A stretch of 64,000 nt of DNA from a virus (lineage: Duplodnaviria; Caudoviricetes), in IMG/VR virus record IMGVR_UViG_3300024283_000014, positions 1,885 to 65,884 of that record. One strand, written 5' to 3'. Of this stretch, positions 8,998 through 18,672 are shown piece by piece (position 1 is the first letter of the stretch; each line of letters begins with the position of its first letter). Position numbers and translations under genes: made by a program. Under the pieces are notes generated by a model. The model was not told the DNA's origin. It ran no database searches and saw only the letters and a list, made by a program, of their open reading frames with translations.

Positions 8998-9086
8998 TTG
9001 CCGGAGCACGACGCTTGTTCCCCCTCTTTCAAGCCAGCACTGCGCCTCCTCCCTGCCTCGCGTAACAGTGACTAAGGCTCCGGTAA
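8998..9086. ncRNA. candidate structured RNA (three-way junction with CU-rich loops)
   Basis: 10-bp closing stem 8998-9007/9077-9086 plus hairpins 9013-9034 and 9038-9070. Confidence 0.5.
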
Positions 9087-9091
9087 CTCTC

Positions 9092-9111
9092 TAACCCCGT
9101 TCTAAGCGAGG
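9092..9111 (-). repeat. dispersed motif A copy
   Basis: taaccccgttctaagcgagg; GCGAGGA end lies at RBS distance from ATG 9125. Confidence 0.9.
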
Positions 9112-9124
9112 AAAGTTAAATACT

Positions 9125-9460
9125 ATGGCAACCCTTTCAGTAGCAGCATTTACCCCGGCTAGTCCTACAGCGGCCACTTTATTCAATGGCACATTGGTAG
9201 CGTCTACTCCGGTTACCATTACACCCGGCTTCAAGACCATCGTGGCGATCAGCCTCGCAGGAGCTACAGATGCTGTAGCTGCGGCAGGCATTCATATCCG
9301 ATTCGGAAGTGCCTTGAAAGCACCTACAGCGGCAGCCACGGATTTCTTCATTCCTCCGGCTACCGTGGCGTATTTTGATCTAGGAAGCGAGTTTGATCGA
9401 TTTAGCATTATAAGTGCAGGAACTCCAAGTTATTTTGTATACGTGATGTCTGTTCGATAA
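9125..9460 (+). CDS. beta-rich hypothetical protein
   Basis: 111 aa, A/T-rich; flanked by inverted motif A copies. Confidence 0.7.
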   Translation: MATLSVAAFTPASPTAATLFNGTLVASTPVTITPGFKTIVAISLAGATDAVAAAGIHIRFGSALKAPTAAATDFFIPPATVAYFDLGSEFDRFSIISAGTPSYFVYVMSVR

Positions 9461-9462
9461 TT

Positions 9463-9482
9463 CCTCGCATAGAACGGGGTCA
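9463..9482 (+). repeat. dispersed motif A copy
   Basis: cctcgcatagaacggggtca, 2 bp after a stop codon. Confidence 0.9.
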
Positions 9483-9493
9483 GGAGCCTTTCT

Positions 9494-9778
9494 TTGGAAT
9501 TCGTAGGAATCACACGATTAAAAAATGGGGAAGAGGTTAATGAGTTTGTTGCAACCTGTCCGACACATAACTATTATTATAAAGGAAAGCCGCCGCTTAC
9601 TTCCGGCTGTCGGGAGTGTTGGACGGCGTTTTTTGTGAGCCAATGGGCACAGAATGGTTGTAAAAAAGAAGATGTAGATAGGCTGGAATCGGCTATTCGT
9701 CATTCTGCCGAACAAGATGACAAAGGCCAATTTGATTTTAAACCAGAACCAATCTCTATAACGTATGCCGACGATTAA
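9494..9778 (+). CDS. Cys/His-containing hypothetical protein
   Basis: CPTH...CREC; TTG start with GGAG RBS. Confidence 0.6.
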   Translation: MEFVGITRLKNGEEVNEFVATCPTHNYYYKGKPPLTSGCRECWTAFFVSQWAQNGCKKEDVDRLESAIRHSAEQDDKGQFDFKPEPISITYADD

Positions 9779-10022
9779 ATATATCCATCCGGCTCCTAGC
9801 CCAACTAGACGTTTTCCTAAAAGCGTCCATATGAGTACAGTTGAGCCAAGTCCTTATCGGCACAAGGGCTGTGGTAAAGTAGCTATTTTATATGCAGATG
9901 GTGTAATTTGGTGCAACGAATGTGGACACAAAGTTTCTGCCGATGATTGTATTAATTTTCATCGTAATCTTAAAGGCAAAGTAGTTGTAAAAGACCCTGT
10001 ATGGTCAGTGATTAAAGTATGA
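9765..10022 (+). CDS. zinc-ribbon-like protein
   Basis: HKGC...CNEC. Confidence 0.6.
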   Translation: MPTIKYIHPAPSPTRRFPKSVHMSTVEPSPYRHKGCGKVAILYADGVIWCNECGHKVSADDCINFHRNLKGKVVVKDPVWSVIKV

Positions 10023-12508
10023 AATGGCTTTTACCAATATTGTTGTTGGTGGGATTAGCGGGAGCACAAACCCACACCTTTCCTGCAACAGACACAGATA
10101 ATGTGTTTACAGGATCAAATACTTTTAATACTGTTGATTTTCAATGGTCTAGTAGACTTGTGTCTACTTTAGGTTCAGCAGCAGCAAGTCCGAGTCGAAC
10201 TTATCGGGTTACTGATGCTTTAAATACTAATGATTGTACTGTAGGCGGGGGAGTTTCTAATGCCATTTGTACTTCAAATGGCACTACATGGAACCCTATC
10301 GGAGGAACAGGAGCTATTTCTTCTGTATTTGGACGAACGGGGGCAGTTGTTGCTGTAAGTGGCGATTATACTTGGGATAAAATCGGAGCTGGTTCAAATC
10401 TATTTCCACAGACAATGGGAACAGCTGGAAGCTTAAGCCCATTGAATATCGGCCAAGTAGCAGGCTCACAAGTATGGATACCTAGTAGCATTCAAGCTCC
10501 GGCATTGGCTTTTTCGACAACGGGCGGTAATATAGCTAGCAACCATAATATTCATGTGGTTGTAACTTATAATTCTAGCCTTGGCGAATCTCTACCATCT
10601 TTAGATGCATTTGTACAAACTTCTGCTTGTGTTAGTAGCCAATGTTCAGTTACTGTAACTGCACCCTCATTACCAAGCGGATATACTAGTTATACAGTTT
10701 ATAGTTGTGATTCTATATCCGCGGCATCTTGTTCTTGGTTGAAGCAAACGGCCAGTCCGAATTGTGTGGCCATCACCGGTAATTGTGTTATTGCTACTGT
10801 GGGTGCTGGGGCTGGAGTTCCGACAACTGGTACCGCTTTCATTCAACCACCAAATGTACAGGCAGGATTCGTCCCTCAAGGTGCAGTTCCGTTCTTGTTT
10901 GGGCCGAAAGCGGATGGTAACAATTATCCATTAGCAGGTATGGATTTATCGAATGGTAATCCTCCATTGCCTACCCCTAATGGAACATTCATGTTTTTTG
11001 ACCGTACGTTCGTCAATGATAGCGGACAAAATATAAGCCAAGGGCCGTGCATTAAAAACACCTTGTTCTCTGTTTGTCATCGCAGCGGAAATGTAACCAC
11101 TGGTACTTCTTCTACCATCCAAGATCAGGCAATGGCTTTCACTACGTTCGATCATGCAACCGGAAGCCCGGCATACGAACAGTTAGGTGGTATTTATGGC
11201 GAGACCCACATCACCAATGTTAATTCGATCTGCAGTCCTGTTGGCGGTTTCGGCGGAGAAGATTGCGCTTTCGGGATTCGTGCGCGAACCAATATCGATG
11301 TTGCAGCGGCTAGTCTTAACAGCGGAAGTGGCGTAGTTGGGCTTCATGGATCAGCTTCTTCGACTGTGACCGGAGGGGGTTTAAACGCATTTTTTACTGG
11401 TGTATTTGGTTCAGCCACCCAAGAGACTAATAACAACCAGAGTTGGGTAGCTTTTTATGCCGGGGTTGCAGGTTATGCGAATGCTGCTCCCGGCAATACT
11501 AATGCGACGGGTGGTGCTTCGTTTGAAGCAGTTCCGCCTCTTACAAAATTTTCAACTTCCGGGGCTATAGGCAATTCCGCTTTGCATGTCGGGGCTAATG
11601 CCAATTGGGACTTCGTAATTAATTCTTTTGCTACTCAGAAAAGTAAATTCCAAGGTACTCTCGAATTAGGAGCCGCTACTGCGCTCAAAACTAATGCTAT
11701 AGCTACAATGGGCGTAACCGGATCACTTGGCGTAACTGGTGCAATCACAGTTAATCAACTTGCCACTTTAAGTGGAGGCAATGTCACCAACGTAGGTGCA
11801 ACTGGCAGTTCAACTTATAGTTATGTGATCTGCGCGGTGGACGGAAATGGCAAGTCTACATGTGGCCCGACACTTACAACTACAACCGGGAACGCCACAC
11901 TGAATAGTTCAAACTTCAATCGTACCCCCAACCTGACCTATGCTCAGATGGATGCGCCGGGTGTTTCTGTCATCAATGTCTATCGCACAGTTTGCTCGAA
12001 TGGTGGATTGAACATTTGTTCTGGTGGCGGCGCAACAGGAATTATTGGAACTCTCACACAGGCCGATCTTGATTCACAAGGTTCTGGTAACCAATTCTTC
12101 TCAGATCAAGGTGCATCAGGCGATGGCACCACCCCACCCGCAAACAATAACACTGGTGGAGTACAGGCTTTTAATTATCTAACTACCACTAATTGCGCTG
12201 CTGTAGGTAGTGCTGCTAGTCCTTCGGTGGCTTCTTGCACTTCAGCTTCAGCAGGTTCGTTCTCTTGCGCAACCAACGCAGTGAATACTTGTACAGTGAA
12301 TACCACTGCAGTCACCACAAATAGTGAAATTTTCGTGACTCAGCGACTCGATACCACCACTGGTACTAGATTAGGTGTAACCTGCAACACGACAGCTAAT
12401 GCGACCATACCGAACGTAAGTGCAGTCGTAGCCGGAACGAGCTTCTCGATTCCGCTCACTCAGCCGGTGACCAACCCACAGTGCTACAGTTATCATATTG
12501 TGAACTAA
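10019..12508 (+). CDS. large beta-rich fibre/spike-like protein with N-terminal signal peptide
   Basis: 829 aa, T/S/G/A/N-rich; N-terminus MKWLLPILLLVGLAGA|QT. Confidence 0.7.
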   Translation: MKWLLPILLLVGLAGAQTHTFPATDTDNVFTGSNTFNTVDFQWSSRLVSTLGSAAASPSRTYRVTDALNTNDCTVGGGVSNAICTSNGTTWNPIGGTGAISSVFGRTGAVVAVSGDYTWDKIGAGSNLFPQTMGTAGSLSPLNIGQVAGSQVWIPSSIQAPALAFSTTGGNIASNHNIHVVVTYNSSLGESLPSLDAFVQTSACVSSQCSVTVTAPSLPSGYTSYTVYSCDSISAASCSWLKQTASPNCVAITGNCVIATVGAGAGVPTTGTAFIQPPNVQAGFVPQGAVPFLFGPKADGNNYPLAGMDLSNGNPPLPTPNGTFMFFDRTFVNDSGQNISQGPCIKNTLFSVCHRSGNVTTGTSSTIQDQAMAFTTFDHATGSPAYEQLGGIYGETHITNVNSICSPVGGFGGEDCAFGIRARTNIDVAAASLNSGSGVVGLHGSASSTVTGGGLNAFFTGVFGSATQETNNNQSWVAFYAGVAGYANAAPGNTNATGGASFEAVPPLTKFSTSGAIGNSALHVGANANWDFVINSFATQKSKFQGTLELGAATALKTNAIATMGVTGSLGVTGAITVNQLATLSGGNVTNVGATGSSTYSYVICAVDGNGKSTCGPTLTTTTGNATLNSSNFNRTPNLTYAQMDAPGVSVINVYRTVCSNGGLNICSGGGATGIIGTLTQADLDSQGSGNQFFSDQGASGDGTTPPANNNTGGVQAFNYLTTTNCAAVGSAASPSVASCTSASAGSFSCATNAVNTCTVNTTAVTTNSEIFVTQRLDTTTGTRLGVTCNTTANATIPNVSAVVAGTSFSIPLTQPVTNPQCYSYHIVN

Positions 12509-12532
12509 GAACCACTATTAGAGGACTTTGAA

Positions 12533-14599
12533 TTGAAATCATTGCTTTCATTATTGCTTCTTTCTAGTTTATGTTTAGGCCAGCAACATATAACAATCAA
12601 AGATCAAGCCAATAATACTTTAGTAAGTGGATTTGTATTCAATGATCCAGTTACACTTGAAGTATCTTTACCTTCAACAATTATTGATTCTGGTTCAGTT
12701 CTTCAATTAACAGCTACTACTTCAAATGCATGGAATTCAGGAGTAGATTGGGTAGCTAGTGCTGGAACAATATCTTCAGATGGTTTGTTTACTGCGCCTA
12801 CAGTTGCAGAAGATGTACCGATTTTTATCACAGCAGTTAGTTTACAAGATTCAAATGTTTCCACTTCTGTTACTCTAACTGTAAAAGCACTTGTTGATGG
12901 CCCGGCTAGTTTGCCTCAAACAACTATGGTTACTTCAATGGCAAGTACGCCAGCTCCCGGTATTGTTACTCAAGTTGCTCCTGGTAACCTACAAACTGCA
13001 TTAAATAATGCTAAATGTGGCGATACTTTAATGCTTCAAGCTGGTGGGACTTTTCCCGGTACAACTTCCTTTCCAGCTAAAGCTTGCGACGATCAACATT
13101 GGATTGTTGTTAGAACTAGTGCTCCTGATTCAAGTCTTCCTTCCGAAGGCTCGCGCATGTTACCTTGCTATGCAGGTGTAGCATCTCTTGCAGGACGCCC
13201 TGCATTTACATGTCCTTCTACCAACAATGTATTGGCTAAATTGATTGCTAGTTCTACCATAGGCCCAATCGTATTTGCGCCCGGAGCCAATCATTACAGA
13301 TTCATAGGATTAGAAATTACTCGTGTAGCTGGTACAAAAACAATCAATTATGAACTAATATCTCTTAGTTCAGGTACAGGCACCAAGATCATTTTTGACC
13401 GAGTATGGCTACATGGCAGTCCACAAGACGATAATAAAACAGGGTTTTTAACCAATGGATTTAATCATGTTGGTTTCATTGACTCTTATGGCAATGATTT
13501 TCATTGCGCTTCGGTAATAGGTGCTTGTACTGATGCCAAGGTTATTGGCGGTGGAACCAGTACAAGTGCAGACGGCGTGTTTAAAATCACAAACAACTTC
13601 CTCGAAGCCTCGGGAGAAAACATCCTGATGGGCGGGGCGAGCGCTACTACCACGCCAGCCGACATCGAAATTCGGCATAATCACTTCTTCAAACCTCTCA
13701 CGTGGAAAGCCGGACAACCGGGATTTATCGGAGCTGTTAATACCGATATTACCAAATGTATAAGTACTCCCGGTATGTGCCCTTTCATTGTTAAGAATCT
13801 ACTTGAGTTAAAAAATGCCCAACGAGTTATCATAGACGGCAATATTTTTGAAAACAGTTGGGGTGGATACACGCAATATGGTTATGCGATCCTTCTGTCT
13901 CCAAAAAATCAAACAGGCACTTGTCCGATTTGTCAAACAACTGATGTAACTATTCGCTATAACACCTTTAGTCACTTAGGCGGTGGAATTTCAGTTGCTC
14001 TTACTTTAGATACTGGATTCACTGGAGGTTTAGCAGGAGCACGTTATTCCCTTCATGATTTAACCTTCGACGATATCAATGCCGCTACTTACAATGGTAA
14101 CGGCGTATTTTTTCAAATTCTGAATAGCTGGTCAGGTTACGCGACACACGATATAACATTAAATCACATAACTGCTTTCCCTGATCCCAAAGGGAAAATC
14201 ATGTCGCTGGCCAATGCATTAACTAATCCTGCAATGTATAATTTCACAGTAGCTAATAGTCTTATTGGTTATGCACAATACCCAGTTTGGTCAGCCAGTG
14301 GTACAACAGATTGCGCTTCCTCGGATGTGCCTTTAACCGTATTTAATACTTGTTTTTTACCTTATCTATTTACCAGCAATGCCATAATTGGTGTGAACAC
14401 AACTAATTATCCGGCAACCAAATGGCCAGCAGGAACCTTGTTTCCAGCCAATAATACAGTCGTGCAATTTATGAATCCTGTTGTAGGAGGCGATTATACC
14501 TTGCTTCCAACTAGCCCTTATAAGAATGCTGGAAGCGATGGTAAAGATTTAGGAGCCAATATCGCTGCTATCCAAAAAGCAATTGCTGGCGCAATATAA
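12533..14599 (+). CDS. signal peptide + Ig-like domain + right-handed beta-helix (pectin-lyase-like) protein
   Basis: Ig-like VDWVASAGTISSDGLFTAP; beta-helix repeats ITNNFLEASGENILMGG, IEIRHNHFFKP, VIIDGNIFEN. Confidence 0.8.
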   Translation: MKSLLSLLLLSSLCLGQQHITIKDQANNTLVSGFVFNDPVTLEVSLPSTIIDSGSVLQLTATTSNAWNSGVDWVASAGTISSDGLFTAPTVAEDVPIFITAVSLQDSNVSTSVTLTVKALVDGPASLPQTTMVTSMASTPAPGIVTQVAPGNLQTALNNAKCGDTLMLQAGGTFPGTTSFPAKACDDQHWIVVRTSAPDSSLPSEGSRMLPCYAGVASLAGRPAFTCPSTNNVLAKLIASSTIGPIVFAPGANHYRFIGLEITRVAGTKTINYELISLSSGTGTKIIFDRVWLHGSPQDDNKTGFLTNGFNHVGFIDSYGNDFHCASVIGACTDAKVIGGGTSTSADGVFKITNNFLEASGENILMGGASATTTPADIEIRHNHFFKPLTWKAGQPGFIGAVNTDITKCISTPGMCPFIVKNLLELKNAQRVIIDGNIFENSWGGYTQYGYAILLSPKNQTGTCPICQTTDVTIRYNTFSHLGGGISVALTLDTGFTGGLAGARYSLHDLTFDDINAATYNGNGVFFQILNSWSGYATHDITLNHITAFPDPKGKIMSLANALTNPAMYNFTVANSLIGYAQYPVWSASGTTDCASSDVPLTVFNTCFLPYLFTSNAIIGVNTTNYPATKWPAGTLFPANNTVVQFMNPVVGGDYTLLPTSPYKNAGSDGKDLGANIAAIQKAIAGAI

Positions 14600-14608
14600 T
14601 TCTCTACA

Positions 14609-15094
14609 ATGTGCAATATCATTCTTCGTGACCCAACAAATCATTTTTGGCAACTCGGCTGCACGGAGCAAGGGTTACTCACTACTACGTTAACTAACAT
14701 TACATTTCCAATCAATGATCCAATGTTGTTGGTATCTAATGTTGCTTGGACATTAACCGCTAATGCTCAAGGTCAAATAGTTTCAACTAAAACTACTCCT
14801 TCTAATATTGCCCAATCATTTTATGTATTAAATTCACCTCTTAATAAAACTTTTAAATTAACAGCTACTCTTAATGGGCTTCTTTCCACTACTTTTGCTC
14901 CAGGCCAGATTGAACCCATTCCTTATCCCTTTGATATAAGCATGTCGCGTTGGCCAGATTCAACACCAGTTATCTGTCCTCGTTGTAGCAATGCTAGCAT
15001 TAAAGTAAGTGCTGATATGAGTTGTTGGTGTTGTGCTTGCAATTCCTTTGTACTTCCTGAAGACACAAATATTATTGTAATCCTAGACGAATAA
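14609..15094 (+). CDS. hypothetical protein with C-terminal zinc ribbon
   Basis: CPRC...CWCCAC. Confidence 0.65.
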   Translation: MCNIILRDPTNHFWQLGCTEQGLLTTTLTNITFPINDPMLLVSNVAWTLTANAQGQIVSTKTTPSNIAQSFYVLNSPLNKTFKLTATLNGLLSTTFAPGQIEPIPYPFDISMSRWPDSTPVICPRCSNASIKVSADMSCWCCACNSFVLPEDTNIIVILDE

Positions 15095-17193
15095 TGGAAT
15101 ATCAAAACCCATCTGTTACTCCTTTCGTAAGTACATACGACGACCCAAACGCCGATGTGACTAACAACGTTATTTCACATTTGCGGCGTATGCGTTACTT
15201 CAGGAAGCAATACGACCAACGTCGAGCCTATTTTTACAAACAATACTTAGGTCAACGGGATCAACGATTTTATCCAGACAACATTACACCTCGCAGCAAT
15301 ACCTTTGTTCCTTATCCTTTTGCTAATGTCGAATCAATTGTATCTCGAATCCTAGATGCTTTCTTCTCATTCGAGGATTGGTTTGAAGCTAAAGGACGAT
15401 CAGCCCAAGATGAACCCGCTGCCGAGAAAATGCAAGTTGTTCTATTGCGGCTTTTAAAACGGTCTGAATTTGTAAAACATTTTGAAGCCCTTGTTCGTAA
15501 TATAGTCATTTACGGTCATGCGGCCATGAAAATTGATTGGGATTGGGGCTATGATACAGTTACCTATTCTCAACCGATTCCGGCAATTGGCAACGATGGG
15601 CAACCCATTGTTCAGCCTACAATTGATCCAAATACTATGCAGCCTATAATGGCTCCTGTTATTTTAGGCTATAGACCAGCTCAAAAACAAGTTCCTCGAA
15701 ATCGCCCTCGTTTTATCCCAATAGATGTTTACGATCTATTGATTGATCCAGATGGCGGAATTGTTGCTCATCTTACTGAACGTACTCTTGGGCAAATGAT
15801 TCGAGAGCAGACCATGAGCTTAAAAGCTTCGATGGAAGACCCCGGCAAAAAGCCTCTTTATCTTCCGCAAGCTTTTGATACCCTCGTTAAACGAGTAACA
15901 GAGAATGTTCGTAAACCAGAAGACCCTATGGCTACGGTCATTCGATTAGCCGAGGTTTGGGATGAGTATTCACAGACTCAATCCATTATAACCTACGGCG
16001 AGGATGCTGAAGCAATCAGTTGGAAAGATTTACGCTCGGCTTACAGAGCTGCAGGTTATTCACCATTTAAACGTAAAGTTTACGCTGGAATTCCGCTTCT
16101 TCTTTATCACGGCGAAAATCCTTTCAATCACAAAAAAGCCCCAATAGTCATGACGAATTTCATTAGCCTCCCTAATGAAATCTTCGGACTCGGAGCCATC
16201 GAAATTATTAGTGATCTAACCGAAGGTCTTACCAAGTTCGTAAACATGATTACGGACAATTGGAACCTCGGCATCAACCATCGTTATGCTTATGACATCA
16301 ACGCAGACTTAGATCACGAATCCCTTAACTCCTTCAACGTTCCGGGCGGCAAGATCGGCGTAGTAGGCGATCCGAGTAAAGTTGTAATGCCTCTGCCGTT
16401 TTTTACTCCTTCCGCCGGTGATTATCAAATCCTTGAAGTTTACAAGATGATGATCGAGAATGCCTCAGGAGTCAGCGACTTCTATAACAAAGGAGTTGGT
16501 GGTTCAGCAGGCAACAAAACTGCCACGGGCATCTCGAATGTCATGCAAGAATCAAACTTCCGATTCAAGATGTTCATTCGTAATCTTGAACTAGAAGTTC
16601 TCCAGCCCACGTTGACCATGTGCGCGAGCATGGTTCAACAATACATTAGCGATCCGATGGAATTTCAAATCACCGGAGAGAACCCCGCAATTAAGAAATG
16701 GGTCACAATGACCCCGGAGGAACTCATTGGTACGCTGGATTTTGATCTCGTTGCAGCGAATTATGCAAGCAATCGCATCATTCGCCAGCGCAACCTCCTT
16801 GCGCTATTTAATTTGGCTGCTCAATCACCGTTCCTTAACCAGTACGAAGCCCTCAAAGAAATCTTTAAGGCCTTTGAAGTAAGGAACACTAACAAATTGT
16901 TGTACACTCCGCCTCAAGTCCAGATGCAGCAAATGCAGCAACAGAAGCAAGAAGTCGAAATGATGATGTTGCAAGCTATGATGGACACAGAAGGCAAAGC
17001 CCGAATCGCTCAATCCAAACCTCAGACTAGCGCAGGCAAAGACGGACGGCCTCGCAAAACTCAGTTTGAAGGCAAGATTCCGGGAGCCGGATTGCTAAGT
17101 CATATCAAAGACTTCGCTCAGTCTATGGGAACTAATGCCCTCGGCCTCGAAGGCATGGGCGAAGCCGGAGCAACAGGTGGAGGAGAAGGTTAG
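15094..17193 (+). CDS. portal protein (podovirus/P22-like)
   Basis: 699 aa; typical pattern incl. EIFGLGAIE, NKTATGISNVMQ and Q/M-rich coiled C-terminus; upstream of scaffold and capsid genes. Confidence 0.85.
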   Translation: MEYQNPSVTPFVSTYDDPNADVTNNVISHLRRMRYFRKQYDQRRAYFYKQYLGQRDQRFYPDNITPRSNTFVPYPFANVESIVSRILDAFFSFEDWFEAKGRSAQDEPAAEKMQVVLLRLLKRSEFVKHFEALVRNIVIYGHAAMKIDWDWGYDTVTYSQPIPAIGNDGQPIVQPTIDPNTMQPIMAPVILGYRPAQKQVPRNRPRFIPIDVYDLLIDPDGGIVAHLTERTLGQMIREQTMSLKASMEDPGKKPLYLPQAFDTLVKRVTENVRKPEDPMATVIRLAEVWDEYSQTQSIITYGEDAEAISWKDLRSAYRAAGYSPFKRKVYAGIPLLLYHGENPFNHKKAPIVMTNFISLPNEIFGLGAIEIISDLTEGLTKFVNMITDNWNLGINHRYAYDINADLDHESLNSFNVPGGKIGVVGDPSKVVMPLPFFTPSAGDYQILEVYKMMIENASGVSDFYNKGVGGSAGNKTATGISNVMQESNFRFKMFIRNLELEVLQPTLTMCASMVQQYISDPMEFQITGENPAIKKWVTMTPEELIGTLDFDLVAANYASNRIIRQRNLLALFNLAAQSPFLNQYEALKEIFKAFEVRNTNKLLYTPPQVQMQQMQQQKQEVEMMMLQAMMDTEGKARIAQSKPQTSAGKDGRPRKTQFEGKIPGAGLLSHIKDFAQSMGTNALGLEGMGEAGATGGGEG

Positions 17194-17248
17194 CTAGGAA
17201 GGACACCAGCGAACAAGTCCGCTTATAAACGGACGTGGCTGGTTAGTT

Positions 17249-17268
17249 CCTCGCATAAAACGGGGTAA
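17249..17268 (+). repeat. dispersed motif A copy
   Basis: cctcgcataaaacggggtaa, preceded by a long hairpin at 17197-17250. Confidence 0.9.
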
Positions 17269-17280
17269 ACAGAGGAGAAT

Positions 17281-17652
17281 ATGAAACTATTCAAGAGGGA
17301 ACCTGAACATCATTTCCATATTGTCGAACTCGACAAAGCAACTAGACTTCCAGAGTTAACCGAAGACTTAAAAAACAGCCTCCGTACTCTGGCCTTAACC
17401 CCAGCCTTTCAATACTTAATGCAACGGTTTGCTTTTAAAAAAGCTACAATGGAATCTACTCTCCGTGAAGGTTTCAAACTCGATGAACAACAGCTTCGTT
17501 ACTGTCAAGCTGGAATTTATTGGGCTGGAGAGATCGAACGTGATATTCAACTTTTAACCCAAGAGGTTCGCCCACAACGCGCCCCTCAGGTCGATGAATT
17601 AGAACAGTTCCGAAAAATCAATCGGAGCATCGAACTCGTCGGACAAGATTAG
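17281..17652 (+). CDS. hypothetical head-morphogenesis protein
   Basis: 123 aa between portal and scaffold; GAGGAG RBS. Confidence 0.7.
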   Translation: MKLFKREPEHHFHIVELDKATRLPELTEDLKNSLRTLALTPAFQYLMQRFAFKKATMESTLREGFKLDEQQLRYCQAGIYWAGEIERDIQLLTQEVRPQRAPQVDELEQFRKINRSIELVGQD

Positions 17653-17697
17653 TCTTACAAGGACTAAAATCCGCAGTATCCTCACAAAGGAGCTTCA

Positions 17698-18672
17698 ATG
17701 CCAGACAATCCAAACGTTTCTCCCGGACACAATACAGGTCGTATCGATTTACAGTCTGCGCCCGGTGGAGACTTAGATTGGGATCAGCTGTTCCCTAATC
17801 CCGAGCTAACCGCACAGCAGTCACAAACTGCACCTGGAACAAATCCCCAGCAGACGCCACAAGCAAACAGTCAAAACCAGCCATTTCTTAAAGCCGGGGA
17901 AACTGTTTATAACACTGCCGAGGACGCGATCAAAGGCACAGTCCACAAAGACCAGCTAATCGCAAATTATCGTAGCTATCTTTCAGATCAAGGAATTGAT
18001 CCTAATACTCTTCAGAGTACTCGCCAAGTGCAGCAACAGTCACAAACTGCTACTCCACAAACGCCATCTCCTTATAAGTATTATGGAAATCCAGAATTCT
18101 TCGAGGAAGTTGCCGCTGCCGCTCAGACACGAGACAAAGTAAAATATGAAAAACTTATGTCTGCACACACTCGTGAAGTGGCTCAAGCAGCTATCCAAGA
18201 AATCATTGATCCTTGGCGCGCAACTTTAGCGGAAACAAACCGTTTCAAAGCTGTTCGGCAAGTAACCTCTGAGATTCCAGATTTTCAGAAATTCTATGAA
18301 GGGCCGGGCTATAAGAAAGTAATTGATAGCTTTCCCCTTTACAAGGACATGGTTCAAATTGGTGAAAACGATCCTACAGCCGCGCAGAGATTGCCGGAAC
18401 TGTACAAGATGATGTACCTGAGTTATCAGGGTTTAAACCAATCTCAAACACAGTCTACGACAGTAACACCCCAAAATACCCCGACTGTGCGATCAATACC
18501 GACTCTTCAACCTAGTTCTTTAACTCCCCCGGCTGGCCCTTCCAACACTCAAGGTTGGCAGGAATCTAGTTGGAAAGGTAACAAATCCCTCGGCAATGAA
18601 GCTCGTAAGAGTCTAATTGAAGATGGAAATCAAAAGTTCAATGGTATGCATTTTGAAGACGTTGGTCTTTAA
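17698..18672 (+). CDS. putative capsid scaffolding protein
   Basis: Q/T/P-rich, helical, immediately upstream of the capsid gene. Confidence 0.7.
   Translation: MPDNPNVSPGHNTGRIDLQSAPGGDLDWDQLFPNPELTAQQSQTAPGTNPQQTPQANSQNQPFLKAGETVYNTAEDAIKGTVHKDQLIANYRSYLSDQGIDPNTLQSTRQVQQQSQTATPQTPSPYKYYGNPEFFEEVAAAAQTRDKVKYEKLMSAHTREVAQAAIQEIIDPWRATLAETNRFKAVRQVTSEIPDFQKFYEGPGYKKVIDSFPLYKDMVQIGENDPTAAQRLPELYKMMYLSYQGLNQSQTQSTTVTPQNTPTVRSIPTLQPSSLTPPAGPSNTQGWQESSWKGNKSLGNEARKSLIEDGNQKFNGMHFEDVGL

Noticed and set aside
8998-9086. tRNA interpretation of the multi-stem structure
   Set aside because: No D-loop or TTCRA T-loop consensus, no 7-nt anticodon loop, no CCA; kept only as a generic ncRNA candidate.
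4622-9482. Motif A or the mini-gene array as a CRISPR array
   Set aside because: Copies are kilobases apart in mixed orientation with genes between them; no regular spacers and no cas operon (the PD-(D/E)XK nuclease is in a recombination context).
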